Below, one piece after another: positions 20,593 to 36,280 of a stretch of DNA of 64,000 nucleotides. The stretch's first letter is position 1. Each line of letters begins with the position of its first letter. The translations under genes and the position numbers were made by a program. The notes under the pieces were generated by a model. That model saw only the letters and a list, made by a program, of their open reading frames with translations. It searched no databases and had not been told where the DNA came from. The DNA comes from Octopus bimaculoides. Taxonomy: Eukaryota. The stretch is taken from contig NC_068995.1 in NCBI RefSeq assembly GCF_001194135.2, positions 55,930,642 to 55,994,641 of the forward strand. Reading direction: 5' to 3'.

Positions 20593-22946
20593 AGTTATCT
20601 AAATGATTGGTCGTTTAAAGTTTGCACCATTTTATTCTCAATTTTTCTTTTATACATCTTTTACTAAGCTGACCGGTGGTCATTTATGTTACTAAGGTGA
20701 TTACTCTTTGTCGGAACTTGCATATCACGTGATGTGATGGTCAGGCCATTGACTTCGCTTGTTTATTGCTTTTTCGTTTTTATTTGATGATTCATTGTCT
20801 TTTTTGTTTGTTTGTTTGCTTTTCAGCGTTTTATTAATATCATGTTTAAGTATGTATATGCGTGCGTATGTCTGTGCGTCGTTGCATCACTTTGCGCTTG
20901 TATTATTAGCTGTCGAAACATATTAAATATAATTATATATATTCTGTATATTTATCTATCTATCTATCTCTTTCTCCTCCTCTCTCTCTCACTCGCTCAA
21001 TCCATTCATGTTTCTATTAATCCATTCGTCTTCCCCCTCTCTCTTTCTGATATATCGTGTCTATTGACAAACTAATAAACAGCCATTCAAATTATATCTT
21101 TGGAAGTGTGTTCACATATAAAACAAGAAGTTAAAGCCACTGCTAGAATAAAAGGCATGTCTTGTGATGCATTTCAAGCTATTCAAATTTCTTGTTCAGG
21201 ACATTTATGATAAATTGTATAAGTTGCTAGCAAAGCATTATTCAGGCAAATCGGATTTACCGATATAATGTGGCCAATTGATTCAATAGTTATAAATAGT
21301 CATTATCTGTATATCTCTCTGTGGGTAGATAAATCAAAGTATATGTTCCCTGAGGAAATTCTTACTGGGACCAAAACCGGGTCAAGGCAACTACTGTCAA
21401 CAGATAAATGAAAGATATCTGTTGCAGGTGTTTGTTACAAATATATAAAGGTACCTACCTTAAAATAAGTACATATATATATATATATATATATANNNNN
21501 NNNNNNNNNNNNNNNNNNNNNNNNNNNNNNNNNNNNNNNNNNNNNNNNNNNNNNNNNNNNNNNNNNNNNNNNNNNNNNNNNNNNNNNNNNNNNNNNNNNN
21601 NNNNNNNNNNNNNNNNNNNNNNNNNNNNNNNNNNNNNNNNNNNNNNNNNNNNNNNNNNNNNNNNNNNNNNNNNNNNNNNNNNNNNNNNNNNNNNNNNNNN
21701 NNNNNNNNNNNNNNNNNNNNNNNNNNNNNNNNNNNNNNNNNNNNNNNNNNNNNNNNNNNNNNNNNNNNNNNNNNNNNNNNNNNNNNNNNNNNNNNNNNNN
21801 NNNNNNNNNNNNNNNNNNNNNNNNNNNNNNNNNNNNNNNNNNNNNNNNNNNNNNNNNNNNNNNNNNNNNNNNNNNNNNNNNNNNNNNNNNNNNNNNNNNN
21901 NNNNNATGCATGTATAACACGGTGTGTGTATGTATAATATATAGCACGTTGTGTATATGTATATATATATATGCATATATATAACATGGTGTATGTATAT
22001 AAATATATATGGTATATATTTGTTTATATATAATATATACATACATATGCGATGTGTATGTATGTACGTATATATTTATATGTATATTTATGTGTATATA
22101 TACGCACGCGCACACATGTAACAACTACTGCATAACTAACATGTCATAGCATCGTCTTCGTCGACCGACAATACCATACCAACCATGATCATAGCCCCAA
22201 ACCTAACTTCACCAGTCCGACCACCACCACCAACAACAAGAACAACAACAACCACAACAGTACGATTACTACAATTGCAATGGCAAACAAGTTTCCATTC
22301 CCAATACCAGTTCATCTTTCACTCCACATATTGGGGATATTCAACCCATTCCTTAATCAACTGTGTGTGCAGTATTTCATTTCCACAAGAGATAATAAGT
22401 TAGATACAGGCAACCGTTCTTCATCTTGGAATTGGCTTCATTCTAGAATTGCAGCTTAGACGATCCGTTTCCACAATTTTCTGTCACTTAATCTTAGTCG
22501 TGTTTAAACAGCAAAAATCTAGTTAAGTGTTTAATTGGGTTTTGGGTAAAATCCAACAGTTTGTGGTGTGGGAAGTGATATTAGCAGAGAGAAGTTTCAC
22601 ACGTTAGGTGGAGCCACCGTAGAATAAACGGAAACCATTTCTGGCCGACCGGTCGAAATCGAACTTGATTAAATCATGACCTGTGTGTGTGTGTGTGCGC
22701 GCGCGCGTCTGTGTGTTTGTACGCATTTGTGCAGTGGTTTGTATGTATGTATCTATGTTAAATGCACGTATGATGTACATCTATATATCGAAGTTTGTAT
22801 TTCTGGGTGTATGTATGTATTTATGTATACATATTTAAAACTATGTACACACACGCACGCACGCACGCACGCACGCGCGCGCACATACACGCATGCACAC
22901 GTGTGTTCAGGTATGTATAAATGTATGGAACAACGTCTGTGTGCAC

Positions 22947-23003
<57 letters not shown>

Positions 23004-23271
23004 CACACACACACACACACACACACATAAACATATGCATACACACAGATATATAGTTTTAGATGAATATTTCTAATGTATAATACTTCAACGCTACAGA
23101 TTGCGTGTGCGCGCATGTGTTTTGTGTGCATCACTTCGGAAACGAAGATGTCCTTGAAAATGCACCATGTTTTTGTTAATCGTTTGGCTTGCCTATGAAG
23201 CTGGACGCCGACGTAGTCACCTTCTCGACTGGCATACACACAAACACGAGTACGTACATTATCACATTATG

Positions 23272-23313
<42 letters not shown>

Positions 23314-24044
23314 ATTTTGTGTGTCTGTTTATGTATGTAAACCTATACGTCCATATACATACAGGTGCGTGGTTATAAGCCATTTCTCTCAGATACACTG
23401 GGATGCATCATAAGTCTTCCTGGGGTCGTAGGAAATTTCATGTCATCCAGCATTAACCCCTCTCGTCCTTAAGTAATCAACTCCCGACTTTCATCAGAGC
23501 CTGTCAGGAAACCGCTAGCTTGTCGTCTTTATCTGAAGCTCCCCCCCCCCACCCAACCTCCGGAATTTCTTTGGAGCTTCGGAACGCATACTGACGGAAC
23601 GCATACGCCAATTCTCTTTGCTTCACAAGCCATTCCGCGCCGAGTCAGAATTCTTCAATAATCATAGCCCTCCCCTTTGTCATTCTGAAACATTCTGTGA
23701 GTCGGTGAGTTTTTATGAAGTTTATAGAATTGAGAAAGAGTGCGGGTTATGTTTTTAAAATTGACTGACAGATGGCATAGCGTTGTTTGAAAGCATTAGA
23801 TTAGCTTTAATCAGGTGTTCCACGTTGAATGCATTTGTAGAATTCATTCAACACCTTAAAATGACTTTTAGATTTCAGTTGACTCAACCAAAACTATTTA
23901 AAAACCAAATGGAGTGGATTCTTCGGATCACTGTATCCCATTTTGATAGGAACAAATGTAAATGTGATTCTAAATATGGATTTTATGGATATATGCATGC
24001 ATCATCGAAATGCTCTGGATTTTGTAAAACTTGTGGAAAAATAA

Positions 24045-24200
24045 AGACTCTCTCTTCTGTGGGATGCAGAGAGGCTGACACGTGATCGTCAGCAGTGGAG
24101 AGCACTGGTGGACCTGGTTGGATCTACGCATTATAACGCCTTTGTGACCATTTACTATGAATGACCCCCAGCTCCATCAAGCAAGAGCATGAAGCCAAGT
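24045..24200 (+). mobile_element. RTE-like LINE extreme 3' fragment
   Basis: Translates LWDAERLTRDRQQWRALVDL, resembling the A.DR..WR..V C-terminal motif of RTE ORFs. Confidence 0.5.
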
Positions 24201-24289
24201 TTTGAATAGAATGTAAATCTACAAAAAGGTTCAAGAAATTGGAAAAGGAAGAATTTTCAGTTATTTATGAAATTGGCATAAAAATACTA

Positions 24290-24929
24290 CAATGGTCGAT
24301 ATGAAACGCAAAAATGTTAGTTAAAATATAAGCTGACACTGGTAACTATAATGCTTCGGTACTTCGGAATGGATTTGAATAAACCGAGATTCTGAAAATG
24401 TAATTTCAAGCTAAAAATAATTTGATGGATCACTCGTTGAAATTTCGAGCAAGTTTGAAGAATTAATGGAAACTGATAAAAAGAAAAAAAGGTTGTGAGT
24501 GTTATTGCTGCTGACTATAAAAGCAAAAAAAAAAAAAAAGGGTTTGTTTGGTATGGACGTGATGAATGTTGAGAGTTCAACATTAATTCTTGAGATTAAA
24601 GCTTTATGACAATTTAGAAGATTAGGAGGTTTCAAGGCTAACATTCTTCTCAAAGGAAATATCTGGCCATGTTGTTTTGAGGCGAAATCATTACTAATGC
24701 ACATTAAACAATTAGTCAGAGGCTGAAGAAACTAATTAATGAAGGTCTTTTAGAAGTTCCACCCGGAAGGAATAAATGAGTTGCTTCTTTAATGGTTGTG
24801 CGAAAATCAGATGAAGATTCCAGAATATGTGGAGACTATAAAGTAAGAGTAAATGAAAGAATTTAGAGGTCAATAAGAATCATATTCTTAAACTCTGAGC
24901 ACTGAATCAATATTTCATTCTCTTTCTCT

Positions 24930-25006
<77 letters not shown>

Positions 25007-25190
25007 ACGAGTCATTTTGTTAAATTGGATTTGAAGAGGACGCGTATCATCAGATAGAAATATATTCTGATGCAAGAAAAACAATAAATACATCAACAAG
25101 TCTTTTTACATGTTTTCCGCATGGAATTCGTCAAACAGTGCAATGTTTCATGGAGGGACCGAACATGTTGCAAATGGCAATTTTGGAGAT
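24290..25190 (+). pseudogene. Decayed Ty3/Gypsy pol (aspartic protease + reverse transcriptase N-terminal part)
   Basis: DTG at 24335-24343; then KP..KCNFKLK*FDGS; GFKANILLK; LKKLINEGLLEV; VVRKSDEDSRICGDYKVRVNE; after a (CT)n insertion, FVKLDL/DAYHQIEI..TINT..LF..PHGI. Many stops and frameshifts. Confidence 0.85.
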
Positions 25191-26029
25191 TTTGTTTATC
25201 ACAGAAAATATCGGTGGTAAAAATGTCGGATGTTTACGTCTTTTGGTGGTGCAGTTTTGGTTGTGAGGTTAAGAAGCCCGCTTTGCAACCACATACTTTA
25301 GGGAAATCATACGATCTCCTTTTCTAATAATGGTTATCAACTTTGGATTTCATTTCGAAAGGTACTATAGTCATGAAACGATCGTAAGATCTCTCAAATC
25401 TTTTTAAATAATCATAGTTCTACTTTATATAGTCATTTATTAATACAATATTATTTATATTATGGACGGATATCTTCTGTGATTTTTCGATGTAATTTTC
25501 CCTGCTTTTACTTTCTAATAACACGACGAGCTTTTTCCAGTTTCCGTCTACCAAATCCACTCACAAGGTCACACAGCCACTCCTGCGCCTATGTGTATGT
25601 ATTTTGTGTAATGTATGTATGTAGGGATTGCTAGTAGATATCAGTGTAAAATATATGCATCGATAAGGACAAGACAATATTTACAGACAAACATGTCTTC
25701 TTGTAATAAAACCCACCAAATTGCACAAAGGCCCTTATTGGTCTCCCGTCATCGTAAAAGCAGACAGTCAGTGATTATTACATGAAATAATTGCTACACA
25801 CGACATAAATTTTTACGAAACAGAATAAAAAATAAAGACATCACATCCATAATTAATCCACCAAATTTTTTCCATGCATTTGCCATTTTAACTTGATCAA
25901 AATTCAGTTATTTCTAGCGAATCATTTCAACACGCAGAAGATGCGTCCCTCATTCACTGCGTCTAAAATTCTATGCTAGGCTGTGGCCTGCGAACGTTTA
26001 TACTAATATACATTGGATGACAACCTATT

Positions 26030-26080
<51 letters not shown>

Positions 26081-27311
26081 GAATTTGATAGCTGCAAAAT
26101 AATCATGAAAAGAAACTATGAAACGTCACAACAGCATGTATAACAAATGGTTACAACAATAACAGGAATAGCAATGACAATAATAATAATAATGATAATA
26201 ATAATTTAAACTAATTTGTGTTTATATTCCAAGTAAATCATAAGGCATTGTTTGATGCTTCCAGCAGTAGACAATTTCATCGACTTTTGCATTCTGAAAT
26301 CATTTGATTTTCGGTAATAAACGAAATATTTTATATCATTATTACTAAAGATAATAATATTTTATATATAAACGCGGAGAGATTCTTTTTTAATTTATGC
26401 TTTATTTTTGTAGTTTATTTTCTTTATTCTGTTTGACTTTATATACATACAATGTGTGTGTGTGTGTGTGTGTTTAGACAGAGAGAGAGACAGACCTTCA
26501 CAGATATTGGTGTGTGTGTATTATATATATATATATGTGTGTGTGTGTGTGAGAGAGTGGGAGAGAGAGATAAAACAGTAAGATATTTGATAACATTATC
26601 AAAACTAATACTGGAATATCTATTATTAACGAAGGTCTGTTTTTATTCGTTTTGTTATTGTTATGTGGTTTTTATTGGATAATACACGTTGAGATCATCT
26701 ACAATCTATTTTATTGTAAACTGTCATCACATACACACATAAATAGATGTTTGCTTATGCACACATACATATATACTTATATACATACATACATACATAT
26801 AGAAACGTCTCTGTAGAGGCTGTTATAGGCATATCTGGACATCTGTTGCTGATCGTTGAATGACCGGTGATGATTTGTTGTTGTTTAGACTATGGTCAGA
26901 CAAATCATCGAGCAGACCAGTGAACAAGAGCATTTCACCTCTTACACTCTTGTTTTTTCCCAATGTGCTAGGAACCTAGAACCACATTATTCAATCTATC
27001 CGTCTACAAGTCAGTATGTTGTAATTTGAGAAACGTGGTTGGTTACTCTTTCTACCACGTGGAGGGACCGTTTACTGACTCCTTTGTTGGTTTGTTGTTC
27101 TATCTTATTTTTTCAGTTTCAGTCATTTGACTGCGGCCATGTTGGTGCACCGCTTTGACGGATTTTAGTCGAGCAAGTCACCTCCAAAAAGCTTAATAGC
27201 ATTCCCATAAGTTTTACATTTTTCTACCCAAATTGCTAGATTCATGTTCTCCATATTCAATCACATATATTATTCTATTGTATACTTAATCTTTATAAAA
27301 TGTTTTTTAAA

Positions 27312-27885
27312 ATTTAGGCACAAGGTCTGCAGTTCCGAGGGCAGGGTGTAAGATAGCACCATTGCTTCGAGTATTTGAATGGTACTTGATTTTTATCGGA
27401 CCGTGAAGAGAGGAAAGGTGGGAACTGAACTCGGAATGCTAGGAGCCGAAACAAATACCGTATTTTCCGACAAGTCGAATTTTTCAAACCAAAATTTACA
27501 AGCAAAACAAGTCGATCGACTTATACACTCCAAATTCCATGTGAAATGCAGAAGAATTCGGAAAGATATCGATGACGTTTAAACATTTGCACCATACACA
27601 AAGTTAACTTGTTTGCCGAAAAATACGGTGTCACAGAGCATTTTCATCGGACAATCTAACGCCTCTGCCAGCTCACTGCTTTATTTTTTAAGGCTGGCAG
27701 AATTATTAGAGCATGGAAAATATGCTTTGGGATATGTTTTGGCTCTTTTGTTCTGAGTTCAAATACTGTTGAGGTCTGCTTTACTTTTGTTTATGCAGGG
27801 TCGATAAAATAAAGTACAAGTTAATGACATCAACACACCCCTTCCCTCAAACTAGCTGGCCTTGTACCTAAATCAGAAACCATTA
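27312..27885. mobile_element. SINE family A cluster (27312-27470 -, head piece ~27620-27680 -, 27686-27885 +)
   Basis: Family A motifs on both strands, arranged head to head. Confidence 0.65.
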
Positions 27886-28582
27886 TATAATTAATTTTCT
27901 TTTTCATTTTGAATTCTCTTAAATTATCTATTCTCCTCCTCCACCTGTCCTTTCCCCAAATTCAAAGCCACTAAAATCTGTCGCAAATAAAACCGGAGTT
28001 AGTTGATGGTTATTTTTCGTGCGTGGATTTCTCTATCAGCCGGACGGCCAACTCTTGTTTCCTGTTAAACAAATGTAAACTACTAGCTTGACCATTATTC
28101 TTTTATTACTTTTCAGTGTAATCACAAGTTTGGCGGTGTCTTGAATTGTTAATTATATAAATGGTAATCACAGATGTGACAATTCTCACCGTAGTTGCAT
28201 AATTGACCAGCACGAAGTCGACGAGTACTGCTACATTGAACTTGGCTTTGCATTCTTTGCTAAGCCGAAACTCAGCACTCGCAACAAGCCAATAACCTCG
28301 CACGGAATGTCATCAAAATTCACAGCTGATAATTGCTGATTCCAATCTAATATTTACCGATTCCAAATGCTAATTAGACATTACAAATTTCGTATTATCG
28401 ATTCCAAAGTACTATTGATTCCAGTTTAACGATTTGAGTTGCAGCTATGGTGCCAATGATAGTCAACTAAATATCGATGGTTTGTGTATATTAGATTTCG
28501 TAAGAAATTGTTTGAAAAGTCAATTCATTTGATGAGTGAGATTTTCATAATAAAATGAAATCTAATTAATACATGGGTAAAC

Positions 28583-28705
28583 AGAAGGTGGCGAATTGGC
28601 TGAAGCGTTAGCTCGCTGAACTTATCCCCGTTTAAGCTTGACACTCTGCGTTCTGAGTTCAAATCCAACAAAAGTCGATTTTTATTTCCTTCTGTGATCG
28701 GTCGA
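28583..28705 (+). mobile_element. SINE family A 5' part
   Basis: GAAGGTGGCGAATTGGCTGAAGCGTTAGC..CGTTCTGAGTTCAAATCC..AAGTCGATTT. Confidence 0.65.
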
Positions 28706-28762
28706 TTGTTTTCTCACCTCTTTCAAATATTAACCTCTTGTTTAATCTATATGTATATTTGA

Positions 28763-29125
28763 AGGCGTGAGCATACCTGTATGGTTAAGAAGCTCGCTTT
28801 GCAACTAAGTGGTTTTGAGATCGGTTCCATAGTGCAGCAGCTTTGGCAAGTGTCTTTTATGATATGCTTTGTAAGGGAACTTGATCGATGGAATCTGTGT
28901 GGAAACCCGTTGAATATATGTGTGTGTTTGTCCACCATCGCTTGACAACTGGAATTTGTTTGGCTAGTTTGTTTACGTCTCCGTAACTGAGTAGTTTAGC
29001 AAAAGTAACCGATAGAATATGTTCCAGACTTAAAACTGCGTAACTAGCGGGAACGAGTGGTTCGATTAAACCCTTCAAAACGGTACCCCAGCATGGCCAC
29101 AATTCAATGCATGGAACAAGCTGTA
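28763..29125 (+). mobile_element. SINE family B, near full length
   Basis: AGGCGTGAGC..GGTTAAGAAGCTCGCTTTGC..TTTGGCAAGTGTCTTTT..CGCTTGACAAC..CCCCAGCATGGCCAC. Confidence 0.8.
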
Positions 29126-29978
29126 TTTACGGGAGGTGGAGAGAAGACTCGCACTCAATACTTGATTAGTACTTTATTTATCGATAAATGGACCCCGGCT
29201 AGATTTGAACCCAAAAGGCAAATGATCGTGACAAATGCTGCAAGACATTCGATCCCATGTTCCAATGACTCTGTCATTCTACTGCCTCAGAATTTTACTC
29301 CTTATTTTATTGACACTGGACGGATGAAAGCTGGAATTTATATCTGCCCCAATTTGAACACAGAAGTTAAAAACGAAAACGTAGCTAAATTTCCAGAGAT
29401 ATTTTGTCTCAACCTCTACCGATTCTGGAGGGAAAAAAATCACTGTCCACATTCCATCCACCTTACACGGCAGAAATTAATGAATGGGTGAACACTGTAA
29501 TACTCGAACCAGTTATCGTCTGGTTGGTTTATTAGCATTCTCGATCTTACGTTTGCTAAATGTATTCGAATTTATATTCAAATTATGCAACCAACCAGCT
29601 TGGTGATGATCCACTTTTTATCATTTATTTGAAAGCGAGGCTCCTTATTCCTCAAAGATCATGACCTCACTTGAGGTCGATGAGTATTAGGATTGGGATC
29701 GAGAGGTCAACGGAATTTGAAATGTGCAATTACGGCGAAAACTATTAAACCCGTGAATGATTTTATACCTCCATCATGACGATTAATCCTGCCACAGTCA
29801 GTAAGACGCATCGACGTTTCTACATTACGTACATGCATGTTTACGCGCATATACGCATGCGTATGTGCATGCATGCTCCTGTAGATACATGTGTGCCATA
29901 CATGCGTAAGATACATGCATTTCATATACATATACATATATACTGACATACGCTAAGACATGAGAATATACAAATATA

Positions 29979-30017
<39 letters not shown>

Positions 30018-30606
30018 TCACATAGTTCTCTTCCCTACCCTTCTCTTTCTTTCTCCTTCTCTTTCTTTCTCCTCTTTCTTTCTCCTTCTTTCTTTCTCTC
30101 CCTCTCTTTTTTATCAATCTACCTATCTCTTTCACTTGGATCAATGTATCTCAAACTCACACATTTGTGTGNNNNNNNNNNNNNNNNNNNNNNNNNNNNN
30201 NNNNNNNNNNNNNNNNNNNNNNNNNNNNNNNNNNNNNNNNNNNNNNNNNNNNNNNNNNNNNNNNNNNNNNNNNNNNNNNNNNNNNNNNNNNNNNNNNNNN
30301 NNNNNNNNNNNNNNNNNNNNNNNNNNNNNNNNNNNNNNNNNNNNNNNNNNNNNNNNNNNNNNNNNNNNNNNNNNNNNNNNNNNNNNNNNNNNNNNNNNNN
30401 NNNNNNNNNNNNNNNNNNNNNNNNNNNNNNNNNNNNNNNNNNNNNNNNNNNNNNNNNNNNNNNNNNNNNNNNNNNNNNNNNNNNNNNNNNNNNNNNNNNN
30501 NNNNNNNNNNNNNNNNNNNNNNNNNNNNNNNNNNNNNNNNNNNNNNNNNNNNNNNNNNNNNNNNNNNNNNNNNNNNNNNNNNNNNNNNNNNNNNNNNNNN
30601 NNNNNN

Positions 30607-30651
<45 letters not shown>

Positions 30652-31095
30652 TTTCTGAGCCGCCAAACGACCTTGTTTATGCATAACTGAGAAGTATATG
30701 CTATATGTTAACAGCGGCGAATCCAGTCAAATAAAAACAACAGCAATTGCAATTCCGCACCATGTCTTTACTAACTCTGGCACCTAAGACAGCACCGACA
30801 TCAAAACCTCAAAAAACCAAGAAACCCAACACCATCACAACAGCAACAACATAATGGATACAACAATAAAAAGAAGAGAAAAACTAAAATACAATAAAAT
30901 AAGAATAAAACATAAAGACAACAATGTTTACAAAGCATGAAACGAAGCTTCAAACCTCGGCAAATTAATAAACGCCAACTCAATGCAAGTTTAGCGCCTG
31001 TGCGTTTCTTAGCCTCGCAGCACACTTGACGGGATGGTTAGGGTTGGGTGATGTTAAAACATAGAAAACGGTAACAAAAAATATGTTTGTGTATG

Positions 31096-32720
<1,625 letters not shown>

Positions 32721-33354
32721 ATACTCACGTGGTGTATGTCACCAAATTAATATATTGCTGTGCAATTAAACGTAGCGATAAATAGAACGTTGTCATTATT
32801 ATAAATTATAAATGAGTCAATTGTTTGCCTCCATAACTCTGATTAAAGGACTCTAAAAGTACGGTAACTGCATGTAATGACGGAATAAGATCGAACTTCG
32901 AACAATTATCGTTAATCGAGAAGATTGGATGTCAGCGGGAGTCAAGTGCACGACCACATGCAATTTCCTTGAACACAGAACTGAAAATATTTCATCTTCG
33001 TTTCTAACTAACATCCACGTCTTTGCTTTGGTTGTCGAGTGTGTATAGGTGGTCTACACGCGCCAATGACACCAACAAAGATATGTTAACAAGAGGGAGG
33101 TGTCATCTGGACATAAATTGTGAACACTCTCCTAATTAGTTAATTTCTTTTATCATTATTGTTCTTGTTCTTGTCGTTGTTGCTGTTTTCCAATCACCAG
33201 TTTCTATGTGGTCAATAATCATTAAATGGATGTCAAAGTACTTTTCTCACCATATATATATATGTTTGTGTGAGTGTGTTTGTATATGTATATACGAGTG
33301 TATATATATATATATATATATATACGTGCAGTAATTTGGCAGGATCATAAACGT

Positions 33355-33612
33355 GAAGGTCACAATGCTTCGTAGCATTTCTTCTGGCTCTCCACGCTCT
33401 GAGTTCAAATCCTTCCGATGTTGACCTTACTTTCCATCATTTGGTGATCGGTGTAAAATATATCAGTTGAGCACTGAAATCGATATAATCGACGTCCTCC
33501 CACCCTCAAAATACCAGGCCCTGTGCCTAGAGTAGGAAAGACCGGCAGAATCGTCAGCATGCCGGACAAAATGCTTAACGGCATTTCGTCCGTCTTCACT
33601 TTCTGAGTTCAT
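33355..33612 (+). mobile_element. SINE family A copy followed by the head of a second copy
   Basis: CTCTGAGTTCAAATCC..CAGGCCCTGTGCCTAGAGTAGGAAAG, then GGCAGAATCGTCAGCATGCCGGACAAAATGCTTAACGGCATTTCGTCCG. Confidence 0.75.
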
Positions 33613-33688
33613 ATTCACCTTACTCTAACGAAATATTTTAAATGACTTCATATCGTCTTAAAAGAAACAGCGTGGAAGGAAAAAAATG

Positions 33689-33728
<40 letters not shown>

Positions 33729-35224
33729 GTAAGTTTGTACGTTTATGTAACTCTATGAACGCAGATTAGTATTTAGATATTTCTCTTTCTCTCGGCAAGT
33801 AACCACGTGTGTGTGTCATTCACATCCGTTTCTATCGATAAGAAACGAAAATTACAATTTCTTATTACTTTTCGCAAAATCTGGACTCATTGCTGGATTT
33901 TGGCCGACAAAAGAGAACCGAATGCCGCCACGCTGCATTCGACGCCACTTTGAACGACCGAAACTGTTACTAAAATAAAATGGCTGGATGTCTGGTACAC
34001 ATGCATTCATTACTCCTGACTCTTTCTCTCATCGATGTACAACCGCACAAGCTGTCGATGTAAATAAATCCCTAATACGAAGGCAAAAGTCTCTGCTACT
34101 TTGTTATTTTCCTCAACCCGTCGCTCTCGCCTGCTCACATGATTGCAGAATCGGCCACAACATTGATCTCATTTTCCAGAGTTATTCTGTTTCTTTTTCT
34201 GTTTCTTTTCGTGGAGCCGTCGTGTTTAATTCAAACTTTTAAATATAGAACAAATGACGAATTGAAAAAGAACGACTATTCTCCCCACTGATTCAATATT
34301 CAACTCTTGATCACAAACATCCCATTTTCTTCGCTATGCCCCACCCATAAAAAATGTGACAACATAATCATTAACTAATTACTAAATCAGTCACCCAGCA
34401 GTTATTGAGCAGACATGATCAAAACTACCCTATAAATGACCAAACCGTTTTGTTTTTCGGTAATAATGTTCCTACGACTACATTATGAAATGTTTTCTTA
34501 AAAAGTAGTAGACAGTCACTTGAGAGAGATTTGACTGTTATGTAAAGCATGTCGAGAGACCACGCAAAAGTATCTTCATTGGCTTGTAAAAAGATAAGCA
34601 AAATGGAAGCTGTTTCTTTGGGACACTCTGACAATATCTTAGCAAGCTACAACCATAATCCGACACATTTAAAACCAAATAGAGCGTTTATAGAAAACAG
34701 TATCATTTTATATTATTATTAATATTATTATAATATTATTATTATTATTGTTATTATTGATAACTTGACATCTAATTCCTCCTTGCTTTCGTTCTCTTTA
34801 TTTATTTAGTGTGTGTGTGTGTGTGTGTGTGTGTAGTGTAATTTCTCAGAATGAAGTCTGAGACAATTAATCCCATTCGTCTTGTCAATTCTGTTCTATC
34901 TTCATTTGATCTCAACGCTTCAAATACTGATCAAATTCTTTGAGATTACTTTATTACCTTAAAGATTATATCTTTTGCTCTTTGGAGTTTAAACTGTTTT
35001 ATTTATTTCCCATAATTCTTATTACACTTCGTCCCCTCCTGCTCCGCTTTATCTATCTGCATTACCGTACCGCTAGTATATTTAGTTGACGTAACTGTCT
35101 TGGTTGTCAAACTGTTCTGTACTACTGTCTTTTTTATCGCCCATCTGTCTGTCTCGTCTTATAAAGAAACCGACTTTATATATTACATATAAAGGTGTTA
35201 TTTACATATATACATGTATGCATA

Positions 35225-35266
<42 letters not shown>

Positions 35267-35332
35267 GCGTGTGTATATCGCTATATGTCCATATATAGTA
35301 TGAAAATATATCCATGTATATATGTATGGGCG

Positions 35333-35382
<50 letters not shown>

Positions 35383-35955
35383 CATAGTTTTATCTCTCTG
35401 AAAATGGTCCGGCTTAATGTTGATAAACAATGAGGAGAGGAGGAGGAGGAGGAGGAAGAAGAAGCCGAAGAAGAAGAAGAAGCAAAACTCTGGTATGTAA
35501 TGTGAGATTTTGCCTCGTAATTGCATATATCATAGAAAGATCAGATTTAGTTAGTAATAGATTTCACGATGGAACCTATAATTTTCACGCGAATTATGCC
35601 TTCAAAATAGCAAGATTTATGTCTTAGAGAATTTCTAAATACATTACTACTGACTCATAAGATTTCGTGTAGGACATTTCGTATTTTCTGCCTTGATAAC
35701 TTGTTAGTTGTCGACAAATATCTCCTCGTTCGTAAAAGCTTTACTTTGTTTCACCTCTTTTGGAAGTGTTTTCTTTCTCTGATAGTTATGTGTATGTATT
35801 CTTCAATTGCAAAGAACCAAGAATCTAACCAGAAAGCCCAACGATACTGTCAGCTTAGTGATTGATCAATCATCGCTCCGTGGTTTATTCGGTTTCTTTA
35901 TGAAAGCCACGTGTCTAGCTAACTGATGTCTCTCTTTCTCTCTCTCTCTCTCTCT

Positions 35956-36024
<69 letters not shown>

Positions 36025-36074
36025 CTTTTATCACTAGATCCTCTCTGAAGTAGCTGTTGTAGGTTTTCTTTTTG

Positions 36075-36280
36075 CTTCTTTCAATCATTGCACTGCGGCT
36101 ATGCTGGAGCAGTGCCTTGACGGGTTTAATCAAACAAATGGAACCCATTTTTTTTTTTTGAAATGGGTTCCATTTTTTGGTTTTTAAGTCTGCTACTTAA
36201 ACCGTCAAATAACGGGGACGTAAACAAACCAGCAACGGTCGTCAAATGGTGTGGGAACACTTAGACAGACACACACACAC
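36075..36280 (-). mobile_element. SINE family B 3' half
   Basis: GCACTGCGGCTATGCTGGAGCAGTGCCTTGA..ACGGGGACGTAAACAAACCAGCAACGGTCGTCAA. Confidence 0.7.

Noticed and set aside
33833-33840. DRE-type TATCGATA in a near-palindrome
   Set aside because: A single 8-mer that also occurs inside SINEs; no independent promoter evidence.
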